This document shows, piece by piece, positions 39,901-50,486 of a stretch of DNA of 64,000 bases (its first letter is position 1; every line of letters starts with the position of its first letter). The notes under the pieces were generated by a model. The model was not told where the DNA came from. It made no database searches and was given only the letters and a program-made list of their open reading frames with translations. A program made the position numbers and the translations under genes. Source of the stretch: Eledone cirrhosa. Its lineage: Eukaryota. The stretch spans positions 213,838,001 to 213,902,000 of the forward strand of contig OZ024743.1 of the NCBI GenBank assembly GCA_964016885.1, given 5' to 3'.

Positions 39901-41308
39901 ATTTCATGACAGTTCTATTCAATTCTTTCGTCCAGTTGGTTCTTGTCCCTTTCTTTCTTCTTCTTCTTCCTCCAACACCAGCAGTATTTGGATGACAGCC
40001 AGGTCCCTGCTGCTGGGCCAGGCTGCACTTGCTGGGCGAGAGTCTTTCACATGACGTTCCAGTCTCCTCTTCACTGTTATTCGAACTGTTTAGGTTCGAC
40101 ATTTAAACACTCATATCGAGGATTGGTGAATGTATGGTTACATAACCACCGGTTATTTCAGCACCACCAGTGATTTCATCACCCCTTTTAATTTTAGCGT
40201 GGCACCATCACGCTGTAGACGAACAAAAAGAAATAAACAAATAAATAGATAAAAACTTTAAAAAATAAACATAAGTTTCATTGTAATGTTTGAATGTCTG
40301 ACTTATTTACTTTTGTTTTTTTTTCCTTTTTGTTTTTCAAGGTCAGTAACATCGGTTACTAGTGTTGTTGTTGCTGCTGCTGCTGTTTTTGATTTTAGCT
40401 ACGAGGGAAGTAGGAGTTGTTGCGTTCAAAACTTTTGAAATGTGTTTCTCTTTTGCTGTTGCTTTTGTTTTTGTCTGTGATCTGTTCTGTAGATTTTCGA
40501 CTTGTTGCTTTTGGCAGTATCGGTAGAGGGTCGGACGCCATGCTTTGAAGCATAGAGTTACGTCCCTTTATGATCTGAGTTCAAATCCCGCCGAGGTTCA
40601 CTTTGCCTTTCATCCTTATGGGGTCGATAAAATAAAGTACCAGTAATGCACTGGAAAATTGTGGCCTTGTGCCAAAAGTAGAAACAATTATTATTATTAT
40701 TTGACATCGTTTAAACTAAACATTTTGAGAGAGTTTAGAGATACAACAACAACAATTATTATGGTGTTGTTGTTTGCTGTTTGGCCGGGATACTAAATCA
40801 ATCTATTTATATATTTTGGTGACTTCCTCGCTTCTAGTCATGTGTAGTGGCACTACTACCTTCCCTCTTTTAACAGGAGGTAGTGAGGGAATAGTGGTGG
40901 TTAGCGATGATGCAGTGGTTACGGTGGTGATGGGATAGTAGTACTGTAGTGATGTGTTGTTGCTGCTGTTGGTTTATATCTAGCTAAATTTTTTGTGGTA
41001 GTGGTGGTGGTGCGGCGGCGGTGGTGGTGTTGGTGGGGACATTATTTGGCTGTTGTTTTCTTCCATTTCTGACCATTTGAAACCATTTTTTTTTTTTTAC
41101 TATAAAACTTCTGATACAAAATTAAATATTAAATATTCTACCACTATATCATAATGTTATGGGTTGTCCCTTCCTGAGAGTTTAGACTGATGTCTTATGT
41201 TCAATTTATAATAAGAATTCTTCTATCACAACTGTTTTAAATATGTAAAAAATCAAAAACTTATGGGAGCGATTCCATAACACTCTATCCACCATGTATG
41301 TATTCTTC
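36944..41308 (-). mobile_element. R4/Dong-type RLE non-LTR retrotransposon, copy A (full length, disrupted)
   Basis: ORF from ATG 40102 to ~37020 with [39 protein letters not shown] and CRICG...HIVSEC. The RLE region is partly deleted. ~1.2-kb 5' leader, TAA repeats at both ends. Confidence 0.9.
40511..40701 (+). mobile_element. tRNA-derived SINE inserted in the 5' leader of Dong copy A
   Basis: TGGCAGTATCGG, GAGTTCAAATCC, central domain, and ccttgtgccaaaagtagaaaca(att)n tail. Confidence 0.9.

Positions 41309-41309
<1 letters not shown>

Positions 41310-41367
<58 letters not shown>
41310..41367. repeat. (TTA)n/(TAA)n spacer between Dong copies
   Basis: Direct reading. Others lie at 45087-45106, 46237-46298, 50413-50486, 55577-55617 and 58571-58615. 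Confidence 0.98.
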
Positions 41368-41369
<2 letters not shown>

Positions 41370-44300
41370 CTTGAATCTCAGTCATTGATGTTGGTTAACT
41401 GGAAAGTCCGTTCGAATGAATATCAAGCCACTACCTGCAGCCTCAAATATTCAAGACGTATCGGAGGGTTCTTGCTTTCCCAGCAAGCATGCCTTTTGAA
41501 GCGTTCCAAAAAGCGTGAAGGGGCCGATTTTCTTTAACCATCCCTGGAAACTTTTGGAGATAGTCCCCAGTGCGCCTATGACAATCGGGATCACTTTGAC
41601 TTCATGGCATTTCCAAATCCTTTTTACCTCCCACTTTAAGTCCTGGTATCGGTTAATTTTCTCCCTCTCCTTCTCTTGCACTCTCGTGTCGAATGGGCAG
41701 GTCACATCCACAATCAGACACGATCTTTTTTCTTTGTCCACAACCACCAGGTCAGGTCTATTGTGTTCCAGTTTCTTGTCCGTCTGTATCCTAAAATCCC
41801 ACAGCACCATCACCTGATCGTTCTCCATCACCGCCTCTGGCCTATGCTCATACCATTTCTCAGAATGTGGTAAATTGTTTATTTTGCACAGGTGCCAGTG
41901 GATCACCCTGCCCATTACATCATATCTCCAGCCCTTATAGTGGGTCTGGGCTAGGTGTTTACACTCGGATACAATGTGAGCCACAGTCTCCTCTCTCTCT
42001 CCACAGATCCTGCACAGTGGGCTAGCCTCCTCCTTGTAAATATGGTGTTTCAACCACTTCGTTTTGAGGGCCTGCTCCTGCGCAGCCATTAACATTCCTT
42101 CTGTAGCCTTTTTGAGGTCTCCTCTTCTCAACCAGTTCCATATCTGTGGATCTCTAAATTCAGTTTTCTCAAAGAAGGTACTATGAAGGGATTTTCCCTG
42201 AAGGCTGCTCTTTCTCCTTGATGTTATTTCCTCCTTAGACATCCCCTGGCCTATCGTCCCCTCCTTCAGTACAGTTCTGAGCATTGGCTCGTTACTATCA
42301 GTCAAGTATTTGTATAGGTTGTTTTTCTCCATCTGAACACAGTCCTCTATGCTGATGAGACCTCTTCCACCCTCAGATCTCCTTAGGTAGCGTCTATCGA
42401 CATCACTCCTCTTGTGGAACATGTTGTAGATAGTCAATAGCTTCCTAGTCTTCCTATCCATTTCTTTTTGTTCAGCAACATTCCATCTCAGAATTCCCGC
42501 ACTGTACCTAATAATGGACACATCTCGGAAATTTACTGCGCTTATGGCATTTCTGCTGCTCAGATGTGACTTCAATACGCTCCTTACTCTCCGAATGTAT
42601 TCAGTTCTTAACAATTCCTTCATCTGTTTGTTCTTTATGCCATCAGCCTCCAGAACGCCCAAATACTTGTATCCTTCCTCAGAGTCAATTTCCTTTATCA
42701 TCTCACCTGTTGGTATCTGGATTCCGTTACTTCTGCTCAACCTACCCCTCCTCATCACAATGACTCCACACTTACTAATACCAAACTGCATACATATATC
42801 ACTGCTCAAAATACGGACAGTGTCAACAAGCACATCCAACTCCTTCTCACTCTTCCCGAAGAGCTTAAGATCGTCCATGAAGAGGAGGTGATTGATGGTA
42901 AGCTCTCCCTTTCCCAACTTATATCCTGCTCTCACTTTTCGCAGCATAATGGTCAAGGGCATCAGAGCAAGGACAAACAACAGAGGGGATAGGCTATCTC
43001 CCTGGAAGATACCTCTCTTGATCTTCACGCTTCCCAAGGATTCTCCAGTTGATGTCAACTCTGTCTCCCAGGACCCCATACTCCTGCCCAGCAACTGTCT
43101 GCTGTTATCTGCCACCTTGAAGATCTCCAGGCTTTTGGTGATCCAAGAATGAGGCGCCATGTCAAATGCCTTTCTGTAGTCTATCCATCCCATGGCAAGA
43201 TCAGTGTGTCTCCTCCTGCAATTCCCCATTACCATCTTATCAATAAGTAACTGGTCCTTTGTACCACGTGACTTCTTTCAGCATCCTTTCTGTTCGTCCG
43301 GTAACAAGTTGTTTGTGTGGAGGTGATGGTAGATTTCCTCAGACACAATGCCCGTCAACAGTTTCCACATTACGGACAGACATGTGATAGGTCTATAGTT
43401 GGTAACATCATTACCCTTGATTCGGTCTTTCATTATCAGAACTGTGGTACCTTTTGTCAACCACTCTGGCACCTCACTCGACACCAAGCAATCATTGAAC
43501 ATGGCCGTCAGTTTCGGGTGGAGGGATGTTAAATTTTTAATCCAATACACCTGCACACCATCTGGGCCTGGTGATTTCCAGTTGGTCAGTTTTTTGGCCC
43601 GCTCTTTAAGAGTTTCAACTGTGATACTCAAATCAGTTTGTTGGTGTGCCTGCTCACCGATCTCCCTCTGTACTGTCTCAATCCGCCTTGCCTGGTCATT
43701 ATGTCTAACATCCTGCTCCCATATTCCTCTCCAGAATGTTTAAGTTTGTTCCGCCCCAGGGATCAAGTCGTTGCCTCTTTCTTTCCCCTCAAGCTGTCCA
43801 AACAGCATCTTCTGGTTGTTGTTGAACATGCGGTTCTGTTTATACTGACTGACTCTGTTCTCGTATCGCCTGATTTTTGCACTCTTTGCTACAATGCGTT
43901 GCTTCAGTTCCTCTATGTTAATATTTAGCTTTTTCCTCCTAGTTTTGTACTTTATTTCCAGTCTATTTTTAGTGCCTATGTTTTTTAGTGTCCCATTCAG
44001 TAGTGACTCAAGCTTTCCTATGTCATTTCTCATTTCCTTGATTTGAGCACTCAATCATTTCTTCCACAAAGGCTCTGCTCTTTCTTGTCTGTTGTTTCCT
44101 CTCACTTTTATACCAAGTAGTTTCCTCACCGAATTTGCTGTTGCTTTGAGGATATTGTTACACTGGTGAAGGCTCCTCGCCTCAAGGTATGGGATGACTT
44201 TGTTTACCTTAGCTGTTGTTTCTTTTAACTTTTTCCTGTCTACAAATCTTAGCGGTGTAGCGGTGGTAGCAATGAAGGAGTGGTGGCGGCGGTGATGGGA

Positions 44301-44892
44301 TAGTGGTAGTAATGATGGCAGTAGTGATGGTGTTGTAGGGGTGGTAGCAATGAAGGACTGATGTCGGTTCGGTGAATCTATGGGGTTAGTCGCGTATATG
44401 TGTTCACCTAAATTCCCTTAATGTTGGGATTAAACATTTTGTTAAGACTTGGGACAATAATAATAGTATTTATTATTATCCTTATTATGTTGAGATTGGT
44501 TGTGGTGGTGGTGAAATTGCCGTTATCTGGCTGTTGTGTTTAGTGTACACAGAGAGGTGATGGGGTAGGTGGTGTATCTAGTTTCTGGTGTTGGTGAGAT
44601 TGGTGTTGTTTGGCTGTTCTATATAGTGTAGACAGAGGAGGGGGGGGGGGTTCTTCTTCCATTTATAGCCATTTTCTTTTTTGAATATACAATGTACAAT
44701 ACAAAGTGAATATTTGAATATTTGAGCCTTATAACAATATATTTTGGGTCCGAATTTTTTGGGGCTCAAGCCGGATGCTTTACGTAGCATTTGTACTAAG
44801 AGTTGTTATTTCACAAATGATTTAAATATGTTAAAAATTCAAAACTTACGGGAGCGATTTCATGACCTTCTACCACCTCGTGCGTCTTCTTA
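41368..44892 (-). mobile_element. R4/Dong-type retrotransposon, copy B (internal deletion at ~44252)
   Basis: 594-aa ORF 41451-43235 with RT (FMDD), CCHC knuckle and RLE (RPDLVV.D...IVDV.CP.D...EK..RYQDL). 44253-44892 matches the 5' leader of copy A. Confidence 0.92.
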
Positions 44893-44908
44893 CCTATTAT
44901 TATTATTT

Positions 44909-45106
44909 GGATTGGCAGTATCAGTAGAGAGTCGGACGCCATGCTTTCCAGCATAGTTACGTCCCTTTACGGTCTGTGTTCAAATCCCGCCGAGGTTAAC
45001 TTTGCCTTTCATCCTTACGGGGTCGATAAAATAAAGTACCAGTAATGTACTGGGTAATTGCTGGCCTTGTGCCAAAAGTAGAAACAATTATTATTATTAT
45101 TATTAT
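44909..45106 (+). mobile_element. tRNA-derived SINE between Dong copies B and C
   Basis: Same family as 40511. Preceded by tattattattatt and ends in (att)n. Confidence 0.9.
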
Positions 45107-46236
45107 TTGCATTTATCTTGCTTTATGTTTATACGAGTTATCACCAAGTCACAACCAGTGACCTCAAGAGACAACAAGGTCCGCCATGTTCAAGAAAGAA
45201 CACACATATTCACACATGCATCCTTAGTGTTTAGACTTGTGATGTACTTATATTGACAGGATCTTCCTTAGTATATGGGCAGTTCCCATTAGTACTATCT
45301 TTTGTATTTCTCCTATACGCGGGTTTCCTGGGATTTGCGATAAGTAGTCGTTAGACCCCTTAGGTATCATTCCCAGAGCGCCTACAACCACTGGTATTGT
45401 TTTAGTTCTCAATTTCCACATTTTTCTAATTTCTATCTCCAGGTCCTTATACTTGCTCAATTTTTCAAATGTTTTTATAGATACATTCTTGTCTATTGGA
45501 ACAGACATATCAATTAGCAGGCATACCCTCCTTTGAAAGTCCTTCAATATTATATCAGGTCTATTTGCATCTATTTTTCGGTCTGTTTGGATGCTAAAGT
45601 TCCACAAGATTGAGATGTGATCTTTTTCAAGTATGGGAGGTGGTTGATGCTCCCACCAATTCTTTTGATGGGGCAGGTCAAAATGCTTGCACATTATCCA
45701 ATGTATGTATTGTGCAGCTCTGTCATGCCTGTTTAGGTATTCGGTTGGAGCTATAGGACTGCACATTGAAATTATATGGTCAATGGTCTCTGGTTGTTTT
45801 TTGCATACACGGCATAATGGGCTGCACCCATTTTTTATTATGTTGGCTTGGTAATTTTTTGTTGGCAGACACTGATCTTGTGCGGATATAATCAGTCCTT
45901 CAGTCTCCGATTTCAGTCCAGAGGATGCCAACCACTGATGGGTTAAAGTTTTGTCAACATCAGGATTGTTAGCTCGCTCTGGGTATTTTCCATACAGAGG
46001 CTTTTCTTGCCATTTCTTAGCCAGTTTCTGTAGCAGTTCTTTCTTTGCAGTTACTTTTACCTGCTTTGCTTTTTCTGTGTTTTCCATTTCAGCAGTAAAT
46101 GGGACTTCTGAAATTTGTAGTCCATTACTGTATCTTTGTGCATCTTTTGTAATGGAATATGATCTTTTGGTGCTTTCGTGTTTCAAAACGAGTTTGATCA
46201 TCCAATCATGTGATTCCCTTAGATATGTGGATAATC
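45107..46236 (-). mobile_element. R4/Dong-type retrotransposon, copy C (second family, 5'-truncated)
   Basis: LKSETEGLIISAQDQ, CRVCKKQPETIDHIISMC, RPDIILKD...LIDMSVP.D...EKLSKYKDL. Different 3'UTR from A/B/D; TTA repeats on both sides. Confidence 0.92.
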
Positions 46237-46298
<62 letters not shown>

Positions 46299-49200
46299 GT
46301 TCTTTGAGTCTCAGTCATTGATGTTAGTTAACTGGAAAGTTTGTTGAAATGAATATCATGCCACTACCTGCAGCCTCAGATATTCAGGACGTATCGGAGG
46401 GTTCTTGCTGTTCCCAGCAAGCATGCCTTTTGAAGCGTTCCAAAAAGCGTGGCGGGGCCAATTTTCTTTAACCATCCCTGGAAACTTTTTGAGATAGTAC
46501 CTAATGCACCTATGACAATCGGGACCACTTTGACTTCATGACAGTTCCAAATCCTTTTAACCTCCCACTTTAAGTCCTGGTATCGGTCAATTTTCTCCCT
46601 CTCCTTCTCTTGCACTCTCGTGTCGAATGGGCAGTCCATATCCACAGTCAGGCACGATCTTTTTTCTTTGTCCCAAACCACTAGGTCAGGTCTATTGTGG
46701 TCCAGTTTCTTGTCCGTCTGTATCCTAAAATTCGACAGCACCTTCACCTGATCGTTTTCTATCACCGATTCTGGCTTATGCTCATACCACTTCTCATAAT
46801 GTGGTAAATTGTTTACTTTGCATAGGTGCCAGTGGATCACCCTGCCCATCACATCAAGTCTCCAGCTCTTATAGTGAGTCTGGGCTAGGTGTTTACACTC
46901 GGATACGATGTGAGCCACAGTCTCCTCTCTCTCTCCACAGATCCTGCGCAGTGGGCTAGCCTCCTCCTTGTAAATATGGTGTTTCAACCACTTCGTTTTG
47001 AGGGCCTGCTCTTGCGCAGCCATTAACATTCCTTCTGTAGCCTTTTTGAGGTCTCCTCTTCTCAACCAGTTCCATGTCTGTGGATCTCTAAATTCAGTTT
47101 TCTCAAAGAAGGTACTATGAAGGGATTTTTCATGAAGGGCTGCTCTTTCTCCTCGTTGTTATTTCCTCCTTGGACATCCCCTGGTCTATTGTCCTCTCCT
47201 TCAGTACAGTTCTGAGCATAGGCTCCTTACTATCAGTCACGTATTCGTGTAGGTTGTTTTCTCCATCTGAACACGGTCCTCTATGCTGATAAGACCTCTT
47301 CCACCTTCAGATCTCCTTAAGTAGAGTCTGTCGACATCACTCCTCTTGTGGAACATGTCGTTGATGGTAAATAGCTTCCTAGTCTTCCTAACCATTTCTT
47401 TTTGTTCAGCAACATTCCATCTCAGAATTCCCGCACTGTACCTAATAATAGACACAGCTCGGGAATTTACTGCACTTATGGCATTCCTACTGTTCAGATG
47501 TGACTTCAATACGCTCTTTACTCTCCGAATGTATTCAGATCTTATCAATTCCTTCATTTTTTTGTTCTTGATTTCATCAGCCTCCAGAACACCCAAATAC
47601 TTGTATCCTTCTTCAGTGTCAATTTCCTTTATCATCTCACCTGTTGGTACCTGGATTCCGTTGCTTCTGCTCGATTTACCCCCCCCCCCCCTTCATCACA
47701 AGGACTCCATACTTACTAACACCAAATTACATACATATATCATTGCTGAAAATACGGACAGTGTCAACTCCTTCTCACTCTTCCCGAAGAGCTTAAGATC
47801 GTCCAAGCTGGTTGATGGCAAGCTCTCCTTTTCCCAACTTGTATCCTACTCTCACTTTTTGCAATATAATGGTCAGGGGTATCAGGGCAAGGACAAACAG
47901 CAGCGGGGACAAACTATCTCCTTGGAAGATACCTATCTTGATCTTCACGCCTCCCAAGCATTCTCCACCCGATGGTAACTCTGTTTCCCAGGACTTCATA
48001 CTTTTGCCCAGCAACTGTCTGATGTTATCTGCCACCTTGAAGATCTCTAGGCTTTTGGTCATCCAAGAATGAGGCACCATGTCAAATGCCTTTTTGTAGT
48101 CTATCCATCCCATGGCAAGACCAGTGTGTCTCCTCTTGCAATTCCTCATTACCATCTTATCAATAAGTAACTGGTCCTTTGTACCACGCGACTTCTTTCG
48201 GCATCTTTTCTGTTCGTCCGGTAACAAGTTGTTTATGTGGAGGTGATGGTAGATTTCCTCAGACATAATGCTTGTCAACATTTTCCACATTACGGACAGA
48301 CATGTGTAGGTCTATAGTTAGTAACATCATTACCCTTGATTCGGTCTTTCATTACCAGAACTGTGGTACCTTTTGTCAACCACTCTGGTACCTCACCTGA
48401 CATCAAGCAGTCATTGAACATGGTTGTAAGTTTCGGGTGGAGGGATGTTATATTTTTAATCCAATACCCCTGCACACCATCTGGGCCTGGAGATTTCCAG
48501 TTGGTTAGTTTTTTGGCCTGCCCCTTAAGAGTTTCAACGGTGATACTCAAATCAGTTTGTTGGTGTGCCTTTTCACTAATCTCCTTTTTACTGTCTCAAT
48601 CCACACTGCCAGGTCATTATATTTAACATCCTGCTCCCATATTCCTCTCCAGAATGTTTTAGTTTGTTCCGCCTCAGGGATCAAGTCGTTGCCTCTTTCT
48701 TTCCCTTCAAGCTGTCCAAACAACATCTTCTGATTGTTGTCAAACATGCGGTTCTGTCTATACTGACTGACTCTGCTCTCGTATCGCCTAATTTTTGCAC
48801 TGTTTGCTACAATGCGTTGTGTCAGTTCCTCTATGATAATATTTAGCTTTTTCCTCCTAGTTTTGTACTTTATTTCCAGTCTATTTTTAGTGTATATATT
48901 TTTTAGTGTCCATTCAGTAGGGACTCAAGCTTTCCAATGTCATTTCTCATTTCCCTGATTTGACAATTTCAGTCGTTTCTTCCACCAAGGTTCTGATCTT
49001 TCTTGTTTGTTGTTTCCTCTCACTTTTATACCAAGTAATTTCCTCACCGCATTTGCTGTTGCTGTGAGGATATTGTTGCACTGGTGAAGGCTCCTCGCTT
49101 CAAGGTATGGGATGACTTTGTTTACCTTAGCTGTTGTTTCTTTTAACTTTTTCCTGTCTATTAATCTTAGGTTCATAGGTGACCCACTATCATTGTTCAA

Positions 49201-50412
49201 TTCATCTACCACTAAGTTTAGGATATCAACCAAATCTTGTCCTAGCCCGTCAGCATTCATCTCCTCAATGGCCGTATCTTTGTTCCTGGTATTATTTATT
49301 TCAGCATTCAGATCATTGTCTGCTTCGGATGGTTCCTCCGTTCTCTCAACCTCTTCACCTTCATTCCGCACTGGCTCGTTTGCCTGGCATACTCCACTCT
49401 GCATTTCCAACCTAATCTCTCTGCTCAGTTCCTCCAGTTCCAGCTCGCTTATCCACCCATTAGTTCTCATTAGCCGAGCCTGCCCGGCCAATTGTTTTTC
49501 ATCTAATTTAAATAGACCAATCTCGTTCCAGATGTTATGCATCCGTTTACTGTAGCCTTTCTCCTTCGGGTTACTCTTCAGGTAACATTGCATAACAGTT
49601 CTATTCAATTCTTTCGTCCAGTTGGTTCTGGTCCCTTTCCTTCTTCTTCTTCCTCCAACACCAGCAGTATTTGGTTGACAGCCAGGTCCCTGCTGCTGTC
49701 CAGGGAGCACCTGTTGGGTGAGAGTCTGTCACATGACATTCCCGTCTCCACTTCACCGTTATTCGAACTGTTTAGGTTCGGCATTTAAACACACTTATCG
49801 AAGATTGGTGAATGTATGGTTACATAACCACCGGTGATTTCATCACCTCCGGTGATTTGATCACTGCCGGTGATTTTTGTATGGCACTATCACGGTGTAG
49901 ACGAACATAAATAAACAAACAAACAAATAGGTAAAAACAAACAAACAAAAAGAAACAATCAAAAAAGAATAAGCATAAGTTTCATTGTAATGTAATGTTT
50001 TAATGTCTGACTTAGGTTTTCCCTTGCCTTCTCTGTATGTCTGTTTGTTTTTCTTTTCATTTTCTTTTCTTTACGTTTTTCGTTGTTGCTGTGCTGTTTT
50101 GATTTTGATTTTTTTTTTTGACCGGGTCATCAAATCAGTCTATTTATATATTTTGATGCCTTCCTCTTTGAGTGGGGACACTACGATGCATGTCTTAGGA
50201 GGAGGTACTGGGAGAGAATAGCAGCGGTAGTGATAATGAGGCAGTGGTGGTGGTGGTGGTGGTGTTGTGCTAGTAGTAATTAGCAGGAGGTAGTGGGAGA
50301 GAATAGCGGCGGTAGCGATAATGAGGCAGTGGTGGTGGTGATGTGATCGTAGTACTGGAGTGATGGTATTGAATTGTAAGTAGAAATAGAAGTTGAGGTA
50401 ACTTGACTGGAG
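46299..50412 (-). mobile_element. R4/Dong-type retrotransposon, copy D (complete ORF span, frameshifted)
   Basis: ATG at 49784 to stop at 46376, in pieces. 49800-50400 is homologous to the copy A leader and includes an ~85-bp tandem duplication at 50197-50370. Confidence 0.92.
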
Positions 50413-50433
50413 TTATTATTGTTATTATTAAAA

Positions 50434-50486
<53 letters not shown>

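Noticed and set aside
45248-46318. 356-aa ORF with poly-Ile N-terminus as a membrane-anchored nuclease
   Set aside because: Chance read-through from the 3'UTR of copy D across (TAA)n into truncated copy C.
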